From a virus, in the IMG/VR virus record IMGVR_UViG_3300034103_002265: a stretch of 64,000 nucleotides of DNA; one strand, written 5' to 3'. The notes beneath the pieces were generated by a model that searched no databases, had not been told where the DNA came from, and saw only the letters and a list, made by a program, of their open reading frames with translations. A program made the position numbers and the translations under genes. Below, piece after piece: positions 56,689-63,970 of the stretch; position 1 is the stretch's first letter, and every line of letters starts with the position of its first letter.

Positions 56689-57690
56689 ATGAAAATTTTT
56701 ATTACTGGTATAGCAGGATTTCTTGGTAGTCATGTGGCAAACAGAATGCTTGACCTAGGACACCAAGTAGCAGGAAATGATAACCTTATAGGCGGATACA
56801 TAGACAATGTCCCTGCTGGTGCTACTTTTTATCAGATCGATTGTTGCGACATGGATAAAATGACTGAAGCCATGAAAGGTAGTGATATTGTATTTCACGC
56901 AGCAGCAACCGCTCACGAAGGATTATCAGTTTTTAGTCCAGCATTTATCACAAGAAATATTTTCGAAGCAAGTGTTGTTACTATTAGTGCAGCAATTCAA
57001 AACAAAGTTAAAAGATTTGTCTTTTGCTCTACTATGGGACGTTATGGTAATCAACCCACTCCTTATACTGAAGAACAGCGTCCTATGCCAGAAGATCCTT
57101 ATGCTGTGGCAAAAGTTGCGGCAGAAGATGTATTGAAGATTTTAGGTGAAACACATGGAATGGAATGGAACATTGCAGTTCCACACAACATTGTTGGACC
57201 TCGACAGCGTTACGATGATCCCTTCCGTAATGTTATGAGCATTATGATTAATCGTAATTTGCAGGGGAAACCTAGCATTATCTATGGAGATGGAAGTCAA
57301 ACCCGCTGCTTTAGCAACGTATATGATTGCGTTCAATGTTTAGAAAAAATGTTATTAGACTCAAGTATTGTTAGTCAAATTATTAACATCGGCCCCGATG
57401 AAGAAACTGTAACTGTAAAAGAAGTTGCAGATCTTATATCTAAAGAATGTCAAATGACTGATCCTCACATTTTTATGCCAGAAAGACCAAGAGAATTAAA
57501 ACATGCAACTTGTTCTGCTGACAAGGCTCGACAGTTGTTAAATTACAAAACTCAAACAACTTTAGAACAAAGTATTAAACAAACAGTTGAATATATAAAA
57601 CAACGAGGAACTAAACCATTTGATTATTCATATCCATTAGAAATTCTCAATGAAAAAACTCCTAAAACTTGGTCAGAAAGATTGATTTAA
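56689..57690 (+). CDS. NAD-dependent epimerase/dehydratase (SDR family)
   Basis: GIAGFLGSH Rossmann motif and a YxxxK region. Confidence 0.7.
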   Translation: MKIFITGIAGFLGSHVANRMLDLGHQVAGNDNLIGGYIDNVPAGATFYQIDCCDMDKMTEAMKGSDIVFHAAATAHEGLSVFSPAFITRNIFEASVVTISAAIQNKVKRFVFCSTMGRYGNQPTPYTEEQRPMPEDPYAVAKVAAEDVLKILGETHGMEWNIAVPHNIVGPRQRYDDPFRNVMSIMINRNLQGKPSIIYGDGSQTRCFSNVYDCVQCLEKMLLDSSIVSQIINIGPDEETVTVKEVADLISKECQMTDPHIFMPERPRELKHATCSADKARQLLNYKTQTTLEQSIKQTVEYIKQRGTKPFDYSYPLEILNEKTPKTWSERLI

Positions 57691-58562
57691 TGAAAGCATT
57701 GTTTACTGGTGCCTTGGGGGATTTTATTGGCGCAGAATCTTTTATGACTGAGTATGAAAAAGACAGTGTAACAACCCTTCTGTGGGCTACTCGTAATAGA
57801 TCGGAAATTCAGTCAGCAATTAATCTAGAAGAAATTTTTCCTAACTTAAAAGAACAGAAAATTTTATTTGATGATTTTTGTGATGAGCGTCCGACTAGAC
57901 CTTGGCAACCAGGAGATAAATTTATTAACATACACAAAAAAGACGACCTAAATAGAATGTGTGGTCTTAATCTTAGCCAAGAAGAACTAAACAGTATCAG
58001 TGACCATAGTTTAGATGCAACTTTAGAAGGAATTTTTTCTCGAAGAAGAACATTTCAAACATCAAGAATAGCCACAAAAATGTCTTTACCAGACATTTCA
58101 AAATTTAACTTACCTAACAGATATGCGGTAATCCATCCGTGGAGTGATGCAGAAATTAATGGAAGAGAGTTTAATCAAAATGATTGGGGAGAAATTTATA
58201 AATTTTTAGAAAATAATCAAATATACGGAGTTGTAATTAATAGAAGTAAACATCATCCAGACCGGCACTCTCGCATGATCGATTTAACAAATCAAACTAG
58301 TTTACAAGAATCATTTTCTATATTAAAATCTGCTGAGTACTGCATTTTGTGTGCTAGTAGTCTAGCCACATTTGCTACTAAAATTTTTCCTAAAAATAAA
58401 ATTTGGTTAAAGGGCGGGCATGATCATATGTTTACACAGTGGGCTACCTATTTTTATCACGGTCCATTTATTCAACCAAATGAAATTATTTTTAAAAATC
58501 TATCAATTATTAACCCAATTAATAATTTTTCTAATACCGAAGGATGCGTAAGCGTTTTATGA
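57669..58562 (+). CDS. Hypothetical protein (possible GT9-like)
   Basis: N-terminal ALGDFIGAE. Confidence 0.3.
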   Translation: MVRKIDLMKALFTGALGDFIGAESFMTEYEKDSVTTLLWATRNRSEIQSAINLEEIFPNLKEQKILFDDFCDERPTRPWQPGDKFINIHKKDDLNRMCGLNLSQEELNSISDHSLDATLEGIFSRRRTFQTSRIATKMSLPDISKFNLPNRYAVIHPWSDAEINGREFNQNDWGEIYKFLENNQIYGVVINRSKHHPDRHSRMIDLTNQTSLQESFSILKSAEYCILCASSLATFATKIFPKNKIWLKGGHDHMFTQWATYFYHGPFIQPNEIIFKNLSIINPINNFSNTEGCVSVL

Positions 58563-59410
58563 CAAAAAATTTAACCATTGTTGCTGTAGACACAGCATAT
58601 CATGAACTTACAAAACAAGCATTGGATGCTGCTGTAAAAATTACAAAATCGTCTAATGTTTTGTTATTAAGTGATAAAAATTTCTTTCCAGGATCTAAGT
58701 TTGTTCAAATTGACAACATTTCTCAAAAAGAATATAATAGAATTGTTCTCAAAGAGTTAAACAACTATGTAGATACTGACCATTATATGATTGTTCAGTA
58801 CGACGGAATGCCAACTGACGAATCAAATTGGGAAGATGATTATCTAAAATATGATTACATCGGTGCTCCGTGGAATTGGTTACCAAGAAATAAAAATGTA
58901 GGAAATGGCGGATTTAGTATTCGTAGTAAAAAATTAGCAGAGATTTGTGCAAGGCCAGATGTAGTATTTGAACCAAATGATCCTTCATTCAACAGTATTG
59001 CAGAAGATGATCACATTTGTCATTACTATAAAAATTATTTAGAATCAAACGGCATTGCTTTTGCACCAACAGATTTAGCACTAAAATTTAGTGCAGAAAA
59101 TCCTGGGGGAAAATTTCCAACGTATGGATTTCATGGTACACTTTGTCTACCATATTATCTAACTGATGATCAATTAGAATTTTATATATCAAACATGCAA
59201 CCACAACAGTTCAATAGTGCAATGCAGATCAGAATAATTTTTGGTTTATACATGGCTCAAAGATACGACCACCTTGAGTTGATGATGGATGCAGGCATTA
59301 AAGTGAACCCAAACTTCAAAAATGTAGTGCTCAATCAACTGCTAAATGATCTACACTTCTTTCCAGGACTGACGGTTGGACACATAGAAGACCTCCTAAT
59401 AAATTATTGA
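58544..59410 (+). CDS. Hypothetical protein
   Basis: 288 aa ORF. Confidence 0.4.
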   Translation: MRKRFMTKNLTIVAVDTAYHELTKQALDAAVKITKSSNVLLLSDKNFFPGSKFVQIDNISQKEYNRIVLKELNNYVDTDHYMIVQYDGMPTDESNWEDDYLKYDYIGAPWNWLPRNKNVGNGGFSIRSKKLAEICARPDVVFEPNDPSFNSIAEDDHICHYYKNYLESNGIAFAPTDLALKFSAENPGGKFPTYGFHGTLCLPYYLTDDQLEFYISNMQPQQFNSAMQIRIIFGLYMAQRYDHLELMMDAGIKVNPNFKNVVLNQLLNDLHFFPGLTVGHIEDLLINY

Positions 59411-59439
59411 CCGTGGCAAAAAAGCCACAAAATCAGGGG

Positions 59440-59468
59440 TTGACAAAGAAGATAAATAAATATATAGT
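59440..59468 (+). promoter_or_regulatory. sigma70-like promoter, copy 1 of a tandem duplicated pair
   Basis: AGGGGTTGACA, 17 nt spacer, TATAGT. Confidence 0.55.
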
Positions 59469-59532
59469 AGATGACATAGGAAGTTAGGCGCTGACGAAGA
59501 CCCTACAATTTGCTCAAATTTGCAAATAGGGG

Positions 59533-59561
59533 TTGACACAGAGACTAAATAACTATACAAT
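59533..59561 (+). promoter_or_regulatory. sigma70-like promoter, copy 2
   Basis: AGGGGTTGACA, 17 nt spacer, TACAAT. Confidence 0.55.
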
Positions 59562-59780
59562 AGAGGCATGCGTTAGAAATAGCGCATAAATTTTTAAGGA
59601 AAATTGAAAGAAAATGAAAACCGTAGCGTATCAATTTAGACATTATTGTTTAGCCAAACAGGCAGGCTCGATGCCCTCTGTGTGGTTTAGCAATCTGTCA
59701 AACGATCGCACACCAGAGATTAGCCAGGGGTCCCGGAGGACCGAAGTGTAAAAGTACACTACAGAACTCCAAAGGACCCC

Positions 59781-59806
59781 AGGATTAAAAACCCTGGGGT
59801 TTTTGT
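59781..59806 (+). terminator. Rho-independent terminator
   Basis: ccccagg-attaaaaa-ccctgggg followed by T5. Confidence 0.75.
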
Positions 59807-60142
59807 TTACCGAAGGAAAATGAACAGACAGACAATTGAACAATTTTTGAATACGAGTAGAGTCTACCTTGGACAACCACTGTAGATTGCTCAAAAGTGT
59901 GATAGGGAACGCGACCCTGCTGGGCACTTAAAACATCTGGCTATTAATGAGGGCGGAGACGGGGATGAGAAGACTGTGGCGATAACACAGTTGGTAAAAA
60001 CCGTCGTAGTAAAGCATACTAACAACCACTGCCTTCGAAAGCAGAACGGGACTCATAGAGATCAGTGTGCTTTACTACACACATTCTCCTTTCCGCCCCT
60101 GACGCGGTCAAAAAGCATAGCGGAGAGTGTGTTACAAAATTC

Positions 60143-60229
60143 GGAGCCCTTTCCCGCTTGCGGTCTGTAAAATCGTAGCCATAATAAGGTGGGTGGTGGC
60201 AAGAGGTTCGATTCCTTGGGGCTCCACCA
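60143..60229 (+). pseudogene. Degenerate tRNA-like gene (Tyr-like anticodon arm; D arm missing; 25-nt variable region)
   Basis: Acceptor ggagccc/gggctcc, T arm agagg-ttcgatt-ccttg, discriminator A, CCA, internal arm gcggt-cTGTAaa-atcgt. Only 8 nt lie between the acceptor and anticodon arms. Confidence 0.35.
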
Positions 60230-60234
60230 AATTT

Positions 60235-60309
60235 GCTCTGTAAGCATTGCTGGCGATGCAGGCGCCTTGTAAGCGTCAGAACCGGGTTCGATTCCTGGAC
60301 AGAGCACCA
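60235..60309 (+). tRNA. tRNA-Thr(UGU)
   Basis: Hand-folded cloverleaf with anticodon loop ctTGTaa; CCA encoded. Confidence 0.8.
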
Positions 60310-60316
60310 GATATTT

Positions 60317-60391
60317 GCTCCGTTCGTCTATTGGTTAGGACGCTGGCCTTTCACGCCGGAAAGACGAGTTCGATTCTCGTACGGAGTACCA
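60317..60391 (+). tRNA. tRNA-Glu(UUC)
   Basis: Anticodon loop ctTTCac; D arm TTCGTCTATTGGTTAGGAC, Glu-like. Confidence 0.8.
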
Positions 60392-60397
60392 AACAAT

Positions 60398-60473
60398 GCC
60401 AACTTAGCTGATGTGGTCATAGCGGCGGTCTGAAGAACCGTGGAAGTAGGTTCGATCCCTGCAGTTGGCACCA
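60398..60473 (+). tRNA. tRNA-Phe(GAA)
   Basis: Anticodon loop ctGAAga. Confidence 0.8.
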
Positions 60474-60479
60474 AACATA

Positions 60480-60557
60480 GGTTTCATAGTTCAGCCTGGC
60501 CTAGAATAACTGCCTGTCACGCAGTAGACACGGGTTCGAATCCCGTTGGAACCGCCA
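60480..60557 (+). tRNA. tRNA-Asp(GUC)
   Basis: CTGCCTGTCACGCAG anticodon arm. Confidence 0.8.
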
Positions 60558-60559
60558 AG

Positions 60560-60626
60560 TTTTAGGATGCTTCCAGCAAATTAAATAACTTTTTATTTGA
60601 AAAAAGCAAAACAGCATCCTGTTATT
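60560..60626 (+). repeat. Conserved-terminus element, member 1
   Basis: 5' TTTAGGATGCTTCCAGCAAA ... 3' AGCATCCTGTTAT, with an 8-bp terminal inverted repeat. Confidence 0.5.
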
Positions 60627-60633
60627 TTTCATT

Positions 60634-60711
60634 CTGGGTATATTGTCAACCAGGTAGACGGCCGGGCTTGGAACTCGGAGGCTGTAGGTTCGAATCCTAC
60701 TACCCAGACCA
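60634..60711 (+). tRNA. tRNA-Pro(UGG)
   Basis: Anticodon loop ctTGGaa. Confidence 0.8.
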
Positions 60712-60720
60712 GATCATTGT

Positions 60721-60811
60721 GGAAGGTCAAATCGATTGGTGACGAAAACTGTCTTGAAAACAGCCGAGTGTTAATAACGCCTTGAGGGTTCGACTCCCTT
60801 GCCTTCCGCCA
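60721..60811 (+). tRNA. tRNA-Ser(UGA), class II
   Basis: GTCTTGAAAACAG anticodon arm; 91 nt with a long variable arm. Confidence 0.75.
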
Positions 60812-60819
60812 CAAAAATG

Positions 60820-60848
60820 TTGACAAGTTCCATTGATGGTAGCATAAT
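60820..60848 (+). promoter_or_regulatory. sigma70-like promoter
   Basis: TTGACA, 17 nt spacer, CATAAT. The predicted start site coincides with 60855. Confidence 0.55.
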
Positions 60849-60854
60849 TACTAT

Positions 60855-60968
60855 GCGACCGTGAGTGGAAACATGGCAGACCTCCAAAAATACATTGTAT
60901 GTATTGAGGGAAGGCACAAAGACCTAGTCACCGTAGCCTTGTAGGTTCGAATCCTACCGGTCGTACCA
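60855..60968 (+). ncRNA. 114-nt tRNA-like RNA (good acceptor and T arm, irregular interior)
   Basis: Acceptor gcgaccg/cggtcgt, T arm gtagg-ttcgaat-cctac, discriminator A, CCA. Interior holds hairpin aatac-attgtat-gtatt and direct repeats agacc. Confidence 0.4.
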
Positions 60969-60974
60969 GATTAT

Positions 60975-61067
60975 CGAGAGTGGGCAGGATGGTAATGCAG
61001 CGGATTGCTAATCCGTAGGTTTAGTGATGAACTAGGCCACAGGGTTCGACTCCCTGACTCTCGGCCA
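60975..61067 (+). tRNA. tRNA-Ser(GCU), class II
   Basis: Anticodon loop ttGCTaa; 93 nt. Confidence 0.75.
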
Positions 61068-61075
61068 AAGAATTT

Positions 61076-61151
61076 GCGGGTATAGTACAGTTGGTAGTAC
61101 ATCACTTTGCCAAAGTGAAGGTCACGAGTTCGAATCTCGTTACCCGCTCCA
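61076..61151 (+). tRNA. tRNA-Gly(GCC)
   Basis: Anticodon loop ttGCCaa. Confidence 0.8.
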
Positions 61152-61157
61152 AACAAT

Positions 61158-61231
61158 ATCTCCGTGGTGTAATGGCAGCATAGCAGTCTCCAAAACTGTT
61201 TGTGGGAGTTCGAGTCTCTCCGGGGATGCCA
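61158..61231 (+). tRNA. tRNA-Trp(CCA)
   Basis: Anticodon loop ctCCAaa. Confidence 0.8.
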
Positions 61232-61234
61232 AAG

Positions 61235-61308
61235 TTTTTAGGATCGATTCAGCAAACTAAAAAACTCAATCTTTCAAATTGACTAAAAAGACGATCCTGT
61301 TGTATAAT
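61235..61308 (+). repeat. Conserved-terminus element, member 2
   Basis: 5' TTTTAGGATCGATTCAGCAAA ... 3' CGATCCTGTTGTATAAT. Confidence 0.5.
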
Positions 61309-61382
61309 GGCTATGTAGCTCAATGGCAGAGCAATCGGCTGATAACCGATAGATGATGGTTCGATTCCATACTTAGCTACCA
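61309..61382 (+). tRNA. tRNA-Ile(GAU)
   Basis: Anticodon loop ctGATaa; one U.U mismatch in the acceptor stem. Confidence 0.75.
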
Positions 61383-61390
61383 ATTTCAAT

Positions 61391-61477
61391 TCCGCTCGTG
61401 GTGGCATGGCGAAACCCCCTGGCTGTTAACCAGAGAGCACGAAAGTGAGCGAGGTTCGATCCCTCGGAGCGGAGCCA
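61391..61477 (+). tRNA. tRNA-Asn(GUU) with an unusual 15-nt variable arm
   Basis: U1, G73 and loop ctGTTaa match Asn. The V region gagcac-gaaa-gtgag forms a GNRA-capped hairpin. Confidence 0.6.
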
Positions 61478-61722
61478 TATTGAAGCACATTCTACCCATC
61501 TGTGGCACGGAACGGAGTCGTCACAGAATGGCGAAAAGACCCGTTTGAGTGTGTTTCAATATGGCTAGACGATAGTTTTGAGTCCCACACAACCTAGCGT
61601 AAGGACTCACTTATGCGACTACAACAGAGTGGTTGAACCGTGGTAGTTAAACTTGACTATCGAGACAATCCATCGAGGCCTCCTAGCACCCAGGGAGGAT
61701 AGGTGGGCTGCCAGACTATATT

Positions 61723-61797
61723 GGGCTGTTAGTGATAATGGGAGCACGGGGGCCTTGCAAGTCCTAGGTAGGGGTTCGATTCCCCTACGGTCCACCA
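61723..61797 (+). tRNA. tRNA-Ala(UGC)
   Basis: Anticodon loop ctTGCaa and a G3.U70 pair. Confidence 0.85.
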
Positions 61798-61803
61798 AAC
61801 AAC

Positions 61804-61877
61804 ATCGCGTTAGACTTCTGGGAGGTCCCTAGGCTTTCAACCTAGTCAGGCGGGTTCGATCCCCGTACGCGATACCA
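61804..61877 (+). tRNA. tRNA-Glu(UUC), second copy
   Basis: Anticodon loop ctTTCaa. Confidence 0.75.
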
Positions 61878-61924
61878 TCCATGCTACCTCTGACTCCTAG
61901 AGTCGAGATGTGTGGCCTTATATT

Positions 61925-61999
61925 GCCGTTGTAGCTCTCTGGGAGGGCACTGCACTGTCGATGCATGTCAGGAGGGTTCGATTCCCTTCAGCGGCGCCA
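61925..61999 (+). tRNA. tRNA-Asp(GUC)-like, second copy
   Basis: Anticodon loop ctGTCga with a 27-43 mismatch. Confidence 0.65.
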
Positions 62000-62000
62000 A

Positions 62001-62066
62001 ATTTTAGGATGCATACAGCAAACAAAAACATACTGCAAATATGGTAAAAAACGCATCCTGTTATAT
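62001..62066 (+). repeat. Conserved-terminus element, member 3
   Basis: 5' TTTTAGGATGCATACAGCAAA ... 3' GCATCCTGTTATATTTG. Confidence 0.5.
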
Positions 62067-62068
62067 TT

Positions 62069-62143
62069 GCCTGGTTAGCTCAGAGGTAGAGCAGCGTCTT
62101 GATAAGGCGTTGGCCGCTGGTTCGATCCCAGCACTAGGCACCA
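62069..62143 (+). tRNA. tRNA-Ile(GAU), second copy
   Basis: Anticodon loop ttGATaa. Confidence 0.75.
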
Positions 62144-62151
62144 AATACTGT

Positions 62152-62225
62152 TGGGGGTTAGTTAAATGGTATAACAACGGACTTTGACTCCGTGATTATA
62201 GGTTCGATTCCTATACCCTCTGCCA
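62152..62225 (+). tRNA. tRNA-Gln(UUG)
   Basis: Starts with U1 (TGGGGGT); anticodon loop ctTTGac. Confidence 0.75.
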
Positions 62226-62236
62226 AATATTTCAAT

Positions 62237-62310
62237 GGTGTCTTTAGTGTAGTGGTAGCAAATCTGACTGTGAATCAGAAGGCGAGGGTTCGATTCCCCA
62301 AGGCACCCCA
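62237..62310 (+). tRNA. tRNA-His(GUG); the 3' end and T stem are imperfect
   Basis: Anticodon arm tctga-ctGTGaa-tcaga, C73, only 3 GC pairs in the T stem, and CCA does not fall in register. Confidence 0.6.
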
Positions 62311-62320
62311 AACAATTTAT

Positions 62321-62398
62321 GCCCGTGTAGCGCAATAGGTAGAGGCGACAGACTTAAAATCTGTAAAGGTGCGAGTTCGAATCTCGCCACGGGTACCA
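62321..62398 (+). tRNA. tRNA-Leu(UAA) with a short (6-nt) variable region
   Basis: Anticodon arm acaga-ctTAAaa-tctgt, A73, 78 nt. Confidence 0.7.
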
Positions 62399-62404
62399 AA
62401 CATT

Positions 62405-62528
62405 GCCGCTGTAGCTCAATTGGATAGAGCGCTAAAGAAGGTGATCCTGTCTTTAGGATACATACAGCAAATTTTTCAATCCACTGATAATGGAGAGGTT
62501 TCTGGTTCGAATCCAGACGGCGGCACCA
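62405..62528 (+). pseudogene. tRNA-Ile(GAU)-like gene carrying a 47-nt insertion between the D and anticodon arms
   Basis: A canonical 5' part (gccgctg-ta-gctc-aattggata-gagc) and 3' part (tcca-cTGATAa-tgga, T arm, cggcggc-A-CCA) are separated by ...GATCCTGTCTTTAGGATACATACAGCAAA..., which carries the element-family termini. Confidence 0.5.
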
Positions 62529-62534
62529 ATTAAT

Positions 62535-62609
62535 ACCACCTTCGTATAATGGACAATACTCTTGGCTACGAACTAAGAAATGTGGGTTCGATTCCTGCAG
62601 GTGGTGCCA
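62535..62609 (+). tRNA. tRNA-Arg(ACG)
   Basis: Anticodon loop ctACGaa. Confidence 0.8.
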
Positions 62610-62626
62610 ATTTTTAGGAGCACTGT

Positions 62627-62758
62627 TATGGCACATAACAAAAAAGGCAATCTTACTCGCAGTCCTCAATGGTGGAAGCATCTAAAGGATTGGAAACGTG
62701 TTTGGCATAAACAAGAACGCCAAGCGTACAAAAAAGAGATTGACAAGGCAACGAGTTG
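62627..62758 (+). CDS. Small basic protein (43 aa) within the tRNA array
   Basis: RBS aggag, then MAHNKKGNLTRSPQWWKHLKDWKRVWHKQERQAYKKEIDKATS. Confidence 0.35.
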
Positions 62759-62875
62759 ATCATAAAATATTGAAACTGAAACAAAGGAGAATGACATGAA
62801 ACGAGGTAAACTCTAGTGTCATCCTAGTACTCCGTATGGTCTAGGGTGGCACGTAAAATCAAAAAGTACGAACAC

Positions 62876-62950
62876 CCTTGCTAAACTTTGCTGGCGAAGT
62901 ACCCGGCTCTTACCCGGGAAAACAGAGTTCGATTCTCTGAGCAAGGACCA
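62876..62950 (+). tRNA. tRNA-Lys(CUU)
   Basis: Anticodon loop ctCTTac. Confidence 0.75.
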
Positions 62951-62953
62951 ATA

Positions 62954-63029
62954 CGGAGTATAGTGAAACGGTTATCACAGCAGACTTTTAATCTGCCAAT
63001 TCTGGGTTCGAATCCCAGTGCTCCGACCA
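62954..63029 (+). tRNA. tRNA-Lys(UUU)
   Basis: Anticodon loop ctTTTaa. Confidence 0.8.
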
Positions 63030-63114
63030 TATAAAAGCACATTTACAGATCCGCCCGATAGTAAGGGAGATAGCGACTAGCGTTGAAGGACTGTTTAAAA
63101 GTGTGCTTCTATAT

Positions 63115-63192
63115 GGTGATGTAGCATAGAAGGTCTGTGCGCTTCCCTCATAAGGAAGAATGGGGTCAGTTCGATTCTGACCATCACCACCA
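63115..63192 (+). tRNA. tRNA-Met(CAU) (elongator, or Ile-lysidine type)
   Basis: Anticodon loop ctCATaa; 6-nt variable region. Confidence 0.7.
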
Positions 63193-63200
63193 AACTTAAT

Positions 63201-63277
63201 GCCCTCGTAGCGCAATTGGTAGAGGCAATGGCCTTAGAAGTCATACAGTGAGAGTTCGAATCTCTCCGAGGGTACCA
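63201..63277 (+). tRNA. tRNA-Leu(UAG) with a short variable region
   Basis: Anticodon arm atggc-ctTAGaa-gtcat, A73, 77 nt. Confidence 0.7.
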
Positions 63278-63288
63278 AGAAATTAAAT

Positions 63289-63365
63289 GCCCAAGTAGCG
63301 CAATAGGTAGAGGCAACTGGCTCAAAATCAGTTTAGTGTGGGTTCGAATCCCTCCTTGGGTACCA
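63289..63365 (+). tRNA. tRNA-Leu(CAA) with a short variable region
   Basis: Anticodon arm actgg-ctCAAaa-tcagt, A73, 77 nt. Confidence 0.7.
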
Positions 63366-63370
63366 AATAT

Positions 63371-63446
63371 AGGTCTTTAGATTAGCGGCTAAATCGTCAC
63401 GTTGACATCGTGAAGACCGCTGGTTCGATTCCAGCAAGACCTACCA
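63371..63446 (+). tRNA. tRNA-Val(GAC)
   Basis: Anticodon loop ttGACat; A1-U72 pair. Confidence 0.8.
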
Positions 63447-63447
63447 G

Positions 63448-63562
63448 TTTAGGGATGACTACAGCAATCTTAAAATACTCTTACCATTCTCAAGAGGCCG
63501 GCCCGCTGGGGGTAGTGTCATGGGTTCGAGTCCCGGTTTTAGACACAGCATCCCGTTTTATT
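63448..63562 (+). repeat. Conserved-terminus element, member 5, enclosing a tRNA-like T arm
   Basis: 5' TTTAGGGATGACTACAGCAATCTTAAAA ... internal GC-rich tgggttcgagtccc T-arm-like hairpin ... 3' GCATCCCGTTTTAT. Confidence 0.5.
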
Positions 63563-63814
63563 ATTCAATGTTCGAGCTAACGCAGGAAACTGAGGAAGTT
63601 CGGGACTTGTGGCAAGTGCGTGTGGGAGATGGTACTGAATTTGAGATGAGTAAATGTCGCGGTAATCAATCCGTACAGCCATCGTCTTACCACCGTGATA
63701 TAACAAGCAACACAAACAGAACTAGGTAACACTTGCACTATTAGTTCGGGTTGTGGCGAAGATGAATGTTAGCATAGAACAGAATCCCGGCTACGGAACA
63801 TTGAATTTTTTTAT

Positions 63815-63893
63815 GCTCCTGTGGCGCAATCTGGGTAGACGCTGCGGGCTGAGAACTCGTATGTTGGAGGTTCGAATCCTCTCAGGAGCACCA
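63815..63893 (+). tRNA. tRNA-Leu(GAG) with a short variable region
   Basis: Anticodon loop ctGAGaa, A73, 79 nt. Confidence 0.65.
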
Positions 63894-63896
63894 ATT

Positions 63897-63970
63897 GCCC
63901 TATTAGTTAAATGGTATAACAGGGCCCTCGTAATGCTCAGTTAGCAGTTCGATTCTGTTATAGGGCACCA
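63897..63970 (+). tRNA. tRNA-Thr(CGU)
   Basis: Anticodon loop ctCGTaa. Confidence 0.7.

Noticed and set aside
59727-60230. Possible standard-order tmRNA ending in GGGCTCC-A-CCA at 60229 with a GGGGTCC 5' end at 59727.
   Set aside because: No plausible tag reading frame (no ...AA-stop peptide). A strong intrinsic terminator lies inside the candidate at 59781-59806. A much better tmRNA exists at 6226-6465. The 3' end is better explained as a degenerate tRNA-Tyr-like gene.
60062-60826. Short ORFs 60062..60307(-), 60233..60433(+), 60597..60785(+), 60629..60826(-), and further ORFs at 60971, 62244, 62988, 63095, 63520 and 63753 inside the tRNA array.
   Set aside because: All overlap confidently folded tRNA genes and are artefacts of ORF calling in RNA-gene sequence.
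61279-61308. TTGACT-18-TATAAT promoter inside element 2.
   Set aside because: The -10 box ends 1 nt before the mature 5' end of tRNA-Ile, so the transcription start would fall inside the tRNA. The TATAAT is better read as part of the family's conserved 3' terminus.
60560-62066. The conserved 5' motif TTAGGATG-N5-CAGCAA as a sigma54 (-24/-12) promoter or a T4 MotA-type middle promoter.
   Set aside because: The GG-to-GC spacing is 10 rather than the 11 expected for sigma54, and there is no TGGCAC. The TGCTT MotA box is present in only one copy. Covariation between the 5' and 3' ends argues for an RNA stem instead.
63497-63540. GC-rich tgggttcgagtccc hairpin as a standalone tRNA.
   Set aside because: No acceptor stem, D arm or CCA can be found. 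It is enclosed by the termini of element 5, so it is reported as the tRNA-like module of that element.
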